Shown: piece by piece, positions 20,901-31,500 of the stretch
Position numbering within the stretch: position 1 is the stretch's first letter
Layout: every line of letters begins with the position of its first letter
Origin: Verrucomicrobiia bacterium
GTDB lineage: Bacteria > Verrucomicrobiota > Verrucomicrobiia > Limisphaerales > UBA1319
DNA: 64,000 nucleotides
Assembly (NCBI GenBank): GCA_963664225.1
Contig: OY760937.1
Span: 4,352,001 to 4,416,000, forward strand
Reading direction: 5' to 3'
Translations under genes and position numbers: made by a program
The notes under the pieces: generated by a model
What the model saw: the letters and a program-made list of their open reading frames with translations, nothing else
Database searches by the model: none
What the model was told of the DNA's origin: nothing

Positions 20901-23807
20901 TCAGGCTTCGCAGGTGCAGACCGGGTTGCGGTCACCATACACATTATCAATGCGCGCGCAGGCCGGCCAGAATTTGAATTCGCGCGTCCAGGGCGTGGGA
21001 TAAGCCGCTTGAGTGCGGGTGTAGGGACGATCCCAGGTCTCTGCAGCCACCACAGACGCCGGATGGGGGGCGTTCTTAAGCGGATTGTTGTGGCGGTCTA
21101 TTGCACCCGATTCCACAGCCTGGATTTCGGCGTGAATGGCGATCATGGCGTCACAAAAGCGGTCCAATTCGGCCTTGGATTCGCTCTCCGTAGGCTCGAC
21201 CATGACGGTTCCGCCCACTGGCCAGGAAATCGTGGGAGCGTGGAATCCATAGTCCATCAAGCGCTTGGCCACGTCTTCGACCGTCACAGTGTGGAAGTGG
21301 CGCAAATCAAGAATGCACTCATGGGCTACGAGGTTGCGGGTGCCTTTGTACAATGTCGGGAAGAAGGCGTCGACTTTTCGAGCGATGTAATTGGCGTTGA
21401 GGATGGCGGTTTGCGTCGCGCGAACCAGGCCTTCAGCGCCCATCATGCGAATATACATCCAGGAAATGGGCAAAATACCCGCGCTGCCGTAGAGCGCAGC
21501 GGATACGGCGCCCATGGCCCGACCTTCGGTGGGCGTTACCGTGTGTCCCGGCAGGAACGGAAGCAGATGAGGAGCCACGCAGATGGGTCCCACTCCGGGA
21601 CCACCACCGCCGTGGGGAATGCTAAAGGTCTTGTGGAGGTTCAAGTGGCAGACATCGGCCCCAAAATCGCCCGGTCGGCACAAACCAACCTGGGCATTCA
21701 TATTCGCCCCGTCCATATAGAGCTGTCCGCCGTGTTCGTGCACGATCTGGCAGATTTCCCGGATGCCCTCCTCGAATACTCCGTGGGTGGAGGGGTAGGT
21801 GACCATCATGGCGGCGAGCCGGTCGGAGTGGGTTACAGCCTTCGCACGTAGATCAGCCAGGTCGATGTTGCCCTGGGAATCGCAGGCGACGGGAATCACC
21901 TGGAATCCGGCACTGGCGGCGCTGGCGGGATTGGTGCCGTGGGCGGATTGGGGAATGAGGCAGATCTGGCGTTGGTCTTGCCCCCGGTTCTCATGGAAAC
22001 GTCGAATGACGACGAGTCCCGCGTATTCTCCCTGGGATCCGGCGTTAGGCTGGAGGGAAACTCCGGCAAAACCGGTAATTTCGGCCAGCCACTGTTCGAG
22101 TTGCTTGAATAATTCCGCGTAACCACGGGCCTGATCGGTCGGGGCAAAGGGATGCATCCGGGCAAATTCGGGCCAGGTGATGGGAAGCATTTCCGCAGCG
22201 GCGTTGAGCTTCATGGTGCAGGAGCCCAGCGGAATCATCGAAGTGGTGAGGGATAAATCGCGGGATTCGAGACGTTTGATGTAACGGAGCATTTCCGTCT
22301 CCGAATGGTAACGATTAAAAACACTCTGTTTTAGAAAACCACTCGTGCGGGCCAGGGGTGCGGAAAACTCTGGATTGACCTCACTGGCCAGGCTTGCAGC
22401 GTCAAAGCCCGGATTACGGTCTTCGTTGAAAATGCGCCATAATGTCTCCACATCCTCAGGGGTGGTGGTTTCGTCCAAAGCCACACCGACCGCATGAGGC
22501 CCAAGAACGCGCACATTTATATGGTGACGCAGGGCCAGATTGGTCAGCCAGGTGCTGGACCGGCTTCCCAAATCCACACGCTGGGTATCGAAAAATTCCG
22601 TGGGACCCGGGCGATAGCCTATTTTTTCCAGCCCATGGGCCAGGAGCCGGGCCAGACCGTGCACGCGCCGGGCAATGCGTTGCAGACCCTCGGGACCATG
22701 GTAAACGGCATACATCGAGGCCATGATGGCCAGGAGCACCTGCGCGGTGCAGATGTTGCTGGTGGCCTTTTCACGGCGGATATGCTGCTCGCGCGTCTGA
22801 AGCGCCAGCCGGAGGGCAGGGCGGCCTTGGGCATCCTTGGACACGCCGATGATGCGCCCGGGCATCTGGCGCTTGAATTGATCTTTTGTGGCGAAAAAGG
22901 CGGCATGAGGCCCGCCGTAGGCCATGGGAACCCCGAAACGCTGGCTGGAACCAACGACAATATCCGCCCCCCATTCGCCCGGGGGTTTCAATAGAACGAG
23001 ACTCAACAAATCGGCGGCGACAATTAACACGGCGCCTGCGGCATGAACGCGGTCCGCGAATTCCTTTTCGTCCCGCACGGAGCCGTCTGTGGCGGGGTAT
23101 TGGACAAGCGCGCCAAATATATCCGGCGTAACTTCAAAAGTGCCGTGGTCGCCAATAATGATCTTGATGCCGTGGGGTGTGGCGCGCGTGCGAAGGACGT
23201 CGATTGTCTGGGGGTGGCAGGTGTTCGAAACGAAAAATGAGGTACGGCCCGTGGATTTTTGGATGGCATGGGCCATCGTCATGGCTTCAGCCGCGGCGGT
23301 GGCCTCGTCCAGAAGCGAGGCGTTGGCCACATCCATGGCGGTCAAATCGCAAATCATGGTCTGAAAATTCAACAGGGCTTCAAGGCGGCCCTGGGCGATT
23401 TCGGCCTGGTAAGGGGTGTATTGGGTGTACCAGCCGGGATTTTCGAGTATGTTGCGCAGGATGACCGGCGGCGTGATGCAGTCCGAATACCCCATGCCGA
23501 TGCAGGAACGGTAAACCTGGTTCTTGGAGGCCATTGCCTTCAGCTCAGCCAGTGCCTCGGCTTCTTCCGCAGCGGCAGGCAGTTTTAAAGGGGCGCGGAG
23601 ATGGATGGCGGCGGGCACGGCGGCGTCCGCCAGGGCATCGAGGGATTCGACGCCACAAACCTCGAGCATTTGGCGCAAATCATCCCCCTGCGGTCCATTG
23701 TGCCGCTGGGCAAAGGCAAAAGCCGGTTTCATCCAATCAGGCAGGATCTTTTGAGCTGCCGGGGATGAGTTTTTGGGAATCGTCACCACATTTTTGGGTT
23801 CCAACAT
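20901..23807 (-). CDS. gcvP: Glycine dehydrogenase (glycine cleavage P protein)
   Basis: '[14 protein letters not shown]', '[12 protein letters not shown]', 'HLNLHKTF', '[12 protein letters not shown]'. Confidence 0.97.
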   Translation of the reverse strand: MLEPKNVVTIPKNSSPAAQKILPDWMKPAFAFAQRHNGPQGDDLRQMLEVCGVESLDALADAAVPAAIHLRAPLKLPAAAEEAEALAELKAMASKNQVYRSCIGMGYSDCITPPVILRNILENPGWYTQYTPYQAEIAQGRLEALLNFQTMICDLTAMDVANASLLDEATAAAEAMTMAHAIQKSTGRTSFFVSNTCHPQTIDVLRTRATPHGIKIIIGDHGTFEVTPDIFGALVQYPATDGSVRDEKEFADRVHAAGAVLIVAADLLSLVLLKPPGEWGADIVVGSSQRFGVPMAYGGPHAAFFATKDQFKRQMPGRIIGVSKDAQGRPALRLALQTREQHIRREKATSNICTAQVLLAIMASMYAVYHGPEGLQRIARRVHGLARLLAHGLEKIGYRPGPTEFFDTQRVDLGSRSSTWLTNLALRHHINVRVLGPHAVGVALDETTTPEDVETLWRIFNEDRNPGFDAASLASEVNPEFSAPLARTSGFLKQSVFNRYHSETEMLRYIKRLESRDLSLTTSMIPLGSCTMKLNAAAEMLPITWPEFARMHPFAPTDQARGYAELFKQLEQWLAEITGFAGVSLQPNAGSQGEYAGLVVIRRFHENRGQDQRQICLIPQSAHGTNPASAASAGFQVIPVACDSQGNIDLADLRAKAVTHSDRLAAMMVTYPSTHGVFEEGIREICQIVHEHGGQLYMDGANMNAQVGLCRPGDFGADVCHLNLHKTFSIPHGGGGPGVGPICVAPHLLPFLPGHTVTPTEGRAMGAVSAALYGSAGILPISWMYIRMMGAEGLVRATQTAILNANYIARKVDAFFPTLYKGTRNLVAHECILDLRHFHTVTVEDVAKRLMDYGFHAPTISWPVGGTVMVEPTESESKAELDRFCDAMIAIHAEIQAVESGAIDRHNNPLKNAPHPASVVAAETWDRPYTRTQAAYPTPWTREFKFWPACARIDNVYGDRNPVCTCEA

Positions 23808-24039
23808 GCCAGCACGTTAAAAAGGAATGCCGCCTTTGCAAGAGAGAAAATTTTGATTGAGCGGTGTTTGGGGTTGACCTGCCCGGGATGAGGAATGTGG
23901 CTGTGGTGTTCCGGGTTGGCAATCCTGCATTTTATAACCACCGTCGCACCATAAGGTTAACGTCATACCTGCTTGCGTTCAACGGGCTGCACGCGGGTTG
24001 ACCATTGAACGAGCTGCGCATTCGCTGGTCGAATCCAGA

Positions 24040-24753
24040 ATGAAGGCAATATTTCGTTCCCGCGCCCTCCAATGCTGGCAACAGGAGATTCGTCCTCTCC
24101 TTATTCTGGCGCTCGTTCTTTTTACGATCCGGTCCTCGTTCGCGGATTGGAATGACGTGCCGACAGGCTCCATGAAACCGACGATCCTTGAGGGGGATCG
24201 CATTTTCGTCAACAAACTGGCCTATGACCTGAAGGTCCCGTTCACCACCTGGCATTTGGCGGAGTGGTCGAATCCACAACGCGGGGACATCGTCGTATTC
24301 TTTTCACCCAAGGATAATACGCGCCTGGTCAAGCGTGTGATCGGCTTGCCGGGGGATGTGGTCGAGTTGCAGAACGAACAGCTCGTCCTCAATGGGAAGC
24401 TCGTTGATTACGCGCCCCTGAGCACTCAAATATCGGGTCAGTTGCCCGAATCGGAAAGCCGGCACAGCATCTTTGCCACCGAGAAACTATCCACACATCC
24501 GCATGCCGTAATGTCGATGCCAAATGTTTCAGCCAAACGAACCTTCGGGCCTGTAACGGTGCCAGAGGACCAGTATTTTATGATGGGGGATAATCGTGAC
24601 AACAGTTTCGACTCTCGTTATTTCGGAACGGTTGAGCGGAAACGCATCGTGGGCAAGGCATCCAATATTGTAATATCGCTCAACAGGAAAAATTACTGGC
24701 TCCCTCGTACACAGCGGTTCTTCCAGCCGCTTGACACCCGGGACGTCCAATAG
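24040..24753 (+). CDS. lepB: Signal peptidase I
   Basis: 'PTGSMKPT', 'LVKRVIGLPGD', 'MGDNRDNSFDSR'. Confidence 0.92.
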   Translation: MKAIFRSRALQCWQQEIRPLLILALVLFTIRSSFADWNDVPTGSMKPTILEGDRIFVNKLAYDLKVPFTTWHLAEWSNPQRGDIVVFFSPKDNTRLVKRVIGLPGDVVELQNEQLVLNGKLVDYAPLSTQISGQLPESESRHSIFATEKLSTHPHAVMSMPNVSAKRTFGPVTVPEDQYFMMGDNRDNSFDSRYFGTVERKRIVGKASNIVISLNRKNYWLPRTQRFFQPLDTRDVQ

Positions 24754-24857
24754 ATTCACAGTTCATCACTCCCTGCCGCCGACAGAATAGTGTGGTAAAA
24801 TTCAAATCCCGAGATCGGCCTTTGCGTGCAGTTCGAACACAATCGCCAATGACAGGG

Positions 24858-25778
24858 TTATCTCCAAGTCAGCGCAAGGCGCTGGCCATCCAGGGCCTTG
24901 TTGCCATCGATGGCGTGCAGGATCAGGTCGGCTCCCTTGGCGGTGAAGCGGCCTTCCATCCAGCCAATCGGTTGCTCTGCGGCAAAGCTGTAACCAGTGG
25001 CAGGCAGGTTCACCACGTCCAAATCTTCTATTTTCGTGTGGCTGTAACAATGGGAATGGCCATAGAAAACCGCTTTGACCTGGCGTTTTGGTAACATGAT
25101 TTTCAGAAGACGATCCGTGTCCAGAAGGTCCGTATCCTCGTCGCTTAGGGCGTGATGAAGAAACACGAATACCGGACGTGAATCCTCACCGTCCAAATAG
25201 TGCGCCAGCCATTGGCGTTGGACTTTACCCAGCAGTCCGAGGCTATTGTTGGACTCCACATGCGTATCCAGCACCACGAAACGCAGACCGGCTTTTTCAA
25301 TGACGAGCACGTGCTTGCCTTTGACCGCCTCAACTTTGTCCTTCGGTTCGCCAAAGACCTGGTAATAGTTCTTGAGCAGATCGTGATTCCCCATCGCCAC
25401 ATGCACAGGCATTTTTGCGAAGATGGGCGACATCAACATCTGCCAGTTTTTGTAATCACCCGGATCGCCATTCAACCGGGCCAGATCGCCCGTGACAATG
25501 CATTCCTCGCAGCCGGACTCAGTCACCTGGCGAACCACTTCCTTGAGATGCTCCACCGGGGATTGTTGGTTTTGGGCCTGCCGCCAATCCATATCCGTCG
25601 GGACATGAGTATCGGACATCAGGGCCACTTTAAGGGATGGCACATCCGAGGACGCGGCTGCATCACTCGCAGCCGCAGCATTCAGCGCGCCGGCAAGTCC
25701 CGCCACTGCCAAAATCCGGGCAGATAGATCTAGGAATCGCCGACGATCCATCAAACCGCTTCTTTCTGAGGTCGTCAT
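24858..25778 (-). CDS. Tat-exported calcineurin-like metallophosphoesterase
   Basis: DRRRFL Tat motif; SDTH, TGD, GNHD, GHSH motifs. Confidence 0.88.
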   Translation of the reverse strand: MTTSERSGLMDRRRFLDLSARILAVAGLAGALNAAAASDAAASSDVPSLKVALMSDTHVPTDMDWRQAQNQQSPVEHLKEVVRQVTESGCEECIVTGDLARLNGDPGDYKNWQMLMSPIFAKMPVHVAMGNHDLLKNYYQVFGEPKDKVEAVKGKHVLVIEKAGLRFVVLDTHVESNNSLGLLGKVQRQWLAHYLDGEDSRPVFVFLHHALSDEDTDLLDTDRLLKIMLPKRQVKAVFYGHSHCYSHTKIEDLDVVNLPATGYSFAAEQPIGWMEGRFTAKGADLILHAIDGNKALDGQRLALTWR

Positions 25779-25849
25779 AGTATTTGGTATCGGTTACAAA
25801 CCAACTGGATCGACCATTGTGCAGGAATCTGCGTTGATCGGATATCGAT

Positions 25850-27004
25850 CTATGGCCCGATCAATTCGATGAAATTGCCATCCGGATCCTGAAACGCGAT
25901 CAGCCGGTTCGCCCCCATGGAAAGCGGGGTTTCACCGATGGTCTTAACGCCGTATTTGGCCAGTCTCTCGAGCGCCTTGTCCGCGCTGCTTACGTAAAGC
26001 GTCAGGTAACGAAATCCAAGGGTCGAGTGAATGAAGCTTTGGTTTGGCACTTTGCCGCCAGCCGTCGGAAAGGACATCATCTTGATCCGTGTCGAGGCAT
26101 CGCCATCGGCGGCAACAAACATGCGGACAGTGGCTGGCATATTGTCGATTAGGCCGATCTTTTTGGCCACATCCGCGGTGACCGAGAATCCCTGAACCTC
26201 AGTCATGCCCAGCGCCTCAGTGTAGAACCTGGCTGATTTCTCGAGATCCGAAACTACAATGCCGATGTCGATCGTTCCCTTTGAAAAAGCAGGCGCCGGC
26301 AGGGGCTTGATCTTCAAATTGCGAAATTCGATCCGGTAGCCCTCACCTTCCAACCCGACATGGCCACTCGGCACACCACAAGCCTCATACTTCGCGGTCA
26401 CCGCGCCGTTGACCCACAGCGACAGCGTGCGTCCGCGCGCCGTGACCTCCATCGTGTTCCATTCGCCCGCCGGTTTGACCCGGTTTTCCTTCACATCCTT
26501 CTGGGTGTTAAAGAACTTTTTGGAGCCATCCACCATGGTCTCGCCAAATAGAAAACCATCCTTCGCATCCCCGAACTGGGCCTGATGCCAGAGCGCCCCA
26601 TCCTTTGAATTGCGAACATACGCCCCGCTATTATAACCGGTCTTGCCCTCGATTTTCGTATAGCAGAACTCGAAATGGAAAATCGCGTCGTCATATTCCG
26701 CGGAGGTCAACAGCATGTCGTGGCCGCCATCGCCGTCGCAAACCAGGACATTGCGAGCCGCATCCACATGCCATTGCTCGCGACCCAGCGTGCCGTTGGG
26801 CGGAACCGTTACGCGATACCAGCATTTAAGCGCATCGCCGGGCAGGATATCCTGCCAGCCTTGCGGATCGGCTTCGAGAGCACTTTTTGTTTCTGCTCCG
26901 GTGCTGACGCTTGCGGTGCCGGCCAGCAACAGGGCAAACATGCAGGAGGAGAGAATCGTCGCGAAAGTTCGCGGCGTTGAACTGATGCCATGGTTTTGTT
27001 TCAT
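25850..27004 (-). CDS. Secreted DUF1080 (3-keto-disaccharide hydrolase-like) domain fused to a VOC/glyoxalase domain
   Basis: 'NSG..VR', 'GEWNTMEV', 'FRNLKIK', then 'IGIVVSDLEKSARFY...DPDGNFIEL'. Confidence 0.8.
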   Translation of the reverse strand: MKQNHGISSTPRTFATILSSCMFALLLAGTASVSTGAETKSALEADPQGWQDILPGDALKCWYRVTVPPNGTLGREQWHVDAARNVLVCDGDGGHDMLLTSAEYDDAIFHFEFCYTKIEGKTGYNSGAYVRNSKDGALWHQAQFGDAKDGFLFGETMVDGSKKFFNTQKDVKENRVKPAGEWNTMEVTARGRTLSLWVNGAVTAKYEACGVPSGHVGLEGEGYRIEFRNLKIKPLPAPAFSKGTIDIGIVVSDLEKSARFYTEALGMTEVQGFSVTADVAKKIGLIDNMPATVRMFVAADGDASTRIKMMSFPTAGGKVPNQSFIHSTLGFRYLTLYVSSADKALERLAKYGVKTIGETPLSMGANRLIAFQDPDGNFIELIGP

Positions 27005-27154
27005 GCCCGTATTTTGAACATGCCTTGCGGGAATGCAATCTGGATTCCGCAACCGTGCGCAGATTTCCGGCATATCCGCGATTTCCTCGAAACCATTGAC
27101 CTGTTTCTTAATCTCCATACCATGGCGCTGTATTTCAATGACCCAATCATGCTT

Positions 27155-28117
27155 ATGAATAAAGCATTCCAATTTACGTTCGCCTTCCTGTCGATGGCTC
27201 TCCTCGTCGCAACGACATCGGCCGCAGCGGCGGCGCATGTTCCCGCGAATTGTTATCTCTTTTCCTATTTCCTCGGCAACGGCGAGGATGGGCTTCATCT
27301 GGCGTGGAGTGCCGATGGCCTGAAATGGGAAGCGCTCAAGGATGGCAAATCTTTCCTCACACCCATGGTCGGAAAATCGAAACTGATGCGCGATCCCTGC
27401 ATCACCAGCGGACCAGATGGCACCTTTCACATGGTTTGGACCGATAGTTGGGACAGCACCACCATCGGCTACGCATCCTCCAGGGATCTCATCACATGGT
27501 CCGAGCAACAGTCCATTCCCGTGATGAAGGACGAGCCCACGACGAGAAACTGCTGGGCGCCCGAAATCATTTACGACGCGCCCATGAAACGCTTCATGAT
27601 CTTCTGGGCCTCCACAATTCCCGGCAGATTCCCGGCAACCGAGTTGGAGGGTAAAAACGACAATAACCATCGCATCTACGCGATGACCACGGAGGATTTC
27701 GTCAAGTTCACTCCGACAAAGCTCTTTTTCGATCCCGGATTCAACTGCATCGATTCGACGATCCTGCCTTTTAACGGCAAGGCGGTCATGTTCTTCAAGG
27801 ACGAAACCAAGTATCCAACCGCGATGAAAAACCTGCGGATCGCCACGGCACCTACGATCGCTGGCCCCTACGAGGTGGAAAAAACTCCGATCACCCCTCC
27901 GGGAAGCTGGGCGGAAGGTCCCAGCGCCCTAAAGGTCGGCAACGAAGTGATTCTCTATTACGATGCCTACACGCAGCATCACTATGCGGCGTTATCTTCC
28001 CGCGATTTGCATGAATGGAAGGACGTCACCAGGGAACTATCCATGCCCAAGGGCATCCGACACGGCACCGCCTTTGAGGTTCCGGGCCCAATAGTCAAAG
28101 AGCTTCTGAAAAAATGA
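27155..28117 (+). CDS. Secreted GH43-like five-bladed propeller glycoside hydrolase
   Basis: 'YLFSYF..NGEDGLHLA', 'MRDP', 'WAPE', 'CID', 'EGP', 'RHGT'. Confidence 0.85.
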   Translation: MNKAFQFTFAFLSMALLVATTSAAAAAHVPANCYLFSYFLGNGEDGLHLAWSADGLKWEALKDGKSFLTPMVGKSKLMRDPCITSGPDGTFHMVWTDSWDSTTIGYASSRDLITWSEQQSIPVMKDEPTTRNCWAPEIIYDAPMKRFMIFWASTIPGRFPATELEGKNDNNHRIYAMTTEDFVKFTPTKLFFDPGFNCIDSTILPFNGKAVMFFKDETKYPTAMKNLRIATAPTIAGPYEVEKTPITPPGSWAEGPSALKVGNEVILYYDAYTQHHYAALSSRDLHEWKDVTRELSMPKGIRHGTAFEVPGPIVKELLKK

Positions 28118-28512
28118 TCCGATACCGGCGATTGGGAGTTTCTTGAATGCCGCGTCTGCACCATTGCTGCCACAGGACTCCGGAAGCGTTCTTTGGCTGG
28201 CACAGACTTGTGGAATTTGATCCATTTGGTAGTTTTGACACTTGTATCACAAGAGATCCTGCCTTAATTTTTTCGGCACAGCAGACACGGGATCGAATAT
28301 GAGTTGAACCTCATCCAAGTGCCCCTGTGAATGGAACTCGAACGATACCATTTCAGGAGGGTGGGGGTGGGCGCCATCAGTCGGGCCAGAATATTGATGA
28401 GGCGCAGTGAAGGTGTTTTCCGATCCGTTGCCTATTCTCACGACGGGTAGGGGATTAGCGGCTCTCACTCTTCGAGTTGGCATGTCGGGGAATACGGCTA
28501 TTTATATGAAAT

Positions 28513-31500
28513 ATGGCTAAACTCGAGACTGCGACGATGCCGGTCACCGGCATGTCCTGCGCCAATTGCGCGGGGAATATCGAGCGCAAGGTGCGCCAGT
28601 TGCCCGGCGTTGGCGAAGCTCGTGTGGATCTTGCCGGCGAAAAGCTTTCAATAACCTTTGACCCGGAACAGACGGATGTTCTGCGTGTCATCACCTGCGT
28701 TCGCGAACTGGGCTTCGGCGTTGCCACGGGCAGGACGGAACTGTTGATCGCTGGACTGCAGGGACGCGCCGATGCCGCGAACCTTTCAAAGCTGCTGGCC
28801 GAACAGCATGGGGTCGTAACCGCCAGCGTGAGCGGCGAAACCGGACGGGCCGCGCTGGAATTCATCCCCGGCATGACCGGCGTCGCCGAAATGGCGGGGG
28901 TGGTGCGTCAGGCGGGATTCGAACTTGTCCAAGACGGCAAGGCTGAAGATTTCGAAGACGTTGAGGCCAGGGCGCGCGCCGCCGAAATCATCCAGCAAAA
29001 GCGCCTGCTTCTCCTGGGCCTGATCTTAACGGTACCTCTGATCGCCTTCAGTATGGCGCGCGATTTTCGCCTGGTGGGATTTCCCCACGATCAATTCGCC
29101 ATGCTGATTCCGGCCACTCTGGTGCAGTTTGTCGTTGGATGGCAGTTCTACGTTGGCGCTTATCGCAGTCTGCGAGGGGGTGCGGCAAACATGGACGTTC
29201 TGATCGTGCTGGGATCCTCGGTCGCCTATTTTTCCAGTCTGGCCGTCACGGTCGGTCTGATCGCCAGCCCCAATGTCTATTTCGAGACCGGCGCGGCCAT
29301 CATCACGCTCATCCGGCTTGGAAAATTTCTGGAAACCCGCGCCAGAGGCAAAACCTCCGAAGCCCTGAAAGCCTTGATGGGTTTGCGGGCCAAAACCGCG
29401 CGGGTGGTTCGGAACGGTGCCGAAGTGGAGATCGGCATCGATGCCGTCTCGGTCGGCGATACCGTTGTTGTGCGCCCCGGTGAAAAAGTTCCTGTGGATG
29501 GCATCATTAGCGACGGTCGCTCGGCATTCGATGAGTCCATGATCACTGGGGAATCAATGCCCGTCAGTAAAGGTCCGGGCGATGAGGTGATTGGCGCGAC
29601 GCTCAACAGGGAAGGCATGATCCAGTTCGAGGCGACGAAGGTCGGGAGGAACACCGCGCTAGCCCGGATCGTGCAACTCGTGCAGGAGGCGCAGGCCGGC
29701 AAAGCGCCGATTCAAAAACTGACGGACGAGATTGGACGGTATTTCGTGCCCATCGTCATCGGCCTGGCGTTATTCACGTTCGTCGGCTGGGTCTGGGTCG
29801 CCCACATTGATTGGATGGGGGCCATGCTGAACGCGGTGGCGGTGGTCGTCATCGCCTGCCCCTGCGCGATCGGCCTGGCAACGCCGACCGCGATCCTGGT
29901 GGGCACGACCAAGGGCGCCGGGCACGGCATCCTCTTCAAAAACAGCGAGGCCTTGGAGCGCGCCGGGCGCGTGAGTGTCGTTTTGCTGGACAAAACCGGA
30001 ACGATTACAAGGGGCGAACCAGAAATGACCGATCTGGTCGCCGCGCCGCACCAGACCATGGACGAAGTTCTGCGCCTGGCCGCCAGTGCCGAACGGGGTT
30101 CCGAACATCCCCTGGGCCGCGTGATCGTGAAGGCTGGACAAGACAAAGGACTGCGCCTCATTGAGCCGAGGAATTTCCAGGCCCTCAGTGGTCTTGGCAT
30201 TCGCGCCACCGTGGGAGATTGCGAGGTCATCATTGGCAATCCACGTTTGATGCGCAACGAAGGCATTGGTCTTGAGGCGCTGGACGAAGATGTCACGCGG
30301 CTCCAAGCCGAAGGTAAGACTGCGATGATCGTGGCGGTGGCCACGACGGGGCGCACGGAGGCCGCGAGGGCGATCGGGGTGGTGGCGGTGGCCGACACGG
30401 TCAAGCCGGGTTCGAAGGAGGCCATTGAGGAGTTGCGCCGGTTGGGCCTCGATGTGGTGATGATCACGGGCGACAACCAGCGCACTGCCGAAGCGATTGC
30501 CAGAGAGGTCGGCATCAAGCGGGTGCTGGCGGAAGTACTGCCCGGAGACAAGGCCGCCGAGGTCAGGAAACTACAATCCGCCGACTCGACGGCCGGCCTG
30601 TCCCGCCCCCTTGTAGCCATGGTGGGCGACGGCATCAACGACGCCCCGGCGCTGGCGCAGGCTGATGTCGGCATTGCCATCGGCACCGGGACGGATGTGG
30701 CCATCGCCGCTGCGGGCATCACGCTGATGAGCGGGGACCTGCGCGGGGTGGGGCGCGCCATTTCGTTGTCGCGCGGCACTCTGGAAACGATCGTGCAGAA
30801 CCTGATCTGGGCTTTCTGTTACAATGTCGCCTTGATTCCCATTGCCGGCTACGGGTTGCTCAGCCCGATGATTGCCGCGGGCGCCATGGCGTTCAGCTCC
30901 ATTTTCGTCGTCACCAACAGCCTGCGTCTGCGCGGCTACAAGGTTCAAACCTTCGCCGCGCCCAAGCCGCTATGGCGGCAGGGCGTTGAGTTGATTCCCC
31001 GCATCCTGGCCCCGGCAGGCGCGCTGGCCATCCTGATCGTCCTGCCCATGGTGACCATGGCGGAAGGGGTGGAAATCCGGGGAGCGATTCCCGGGACCAT
31101 GACTCCACTATTGATGATGACGATGGCGCTTGCGAACGGCGTGATCTCGATCTCCTATTCCTCCATTCCGGTTTTCCTGATCATTTTCATCAGAAAGCGG
31201 AAGGACATCCCGTTTTCGTGGATTTTGGTCATGTTCGGGGCTTTTATTCTGGCCTGTGGCACCACCCATGTCGTTCATATCGTTGGTCTCTGGTGGCCGG
31301 TGGATTGGTGGCAGGCTGCAGTCGATGCCTTTTGTGCCATCATTTCCGTTACGACCGCGATCCTGGTCTGGCCATTATTGCCAAAATTGCTGGCGATTCC
31401 CAGCCCCGCCCAACTGCGTGCGGTCAACCTCGAACTGCAAAACGAGAAAGCGGTCTTGGAGCGCACGCAGAGCGAGTTGCGCAAGGCCTACGCCGAGGTG

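Noticed and set aside
20823..21851. Long antisense ORFs (also 8469-9356, 29712-30779, 40819-41769)
   Set aside because: Shadow ORFs opposite well-supported GC-rich genes, with no recognisable motifs.
23808..24040. Glycine riboswitch upstream of gcvP
   Set aside because: No tandem GGAGA...CCGAAG...CTCTCAGG aptamer pattern seen on the minus strand.
27005..27670. 606-aa version of the DUF1080-VOC ORF
   Set aside because: The extension is antisense to the GH43-like gene, and a signal peptide begins after Met 27004.
28200..28512. CsoR or CueR operator upstream of the Cu-ATPase fusion
   Set aside because: G-rich tracts are present but no convincing TACC...GGTA or CueR-type dyad.
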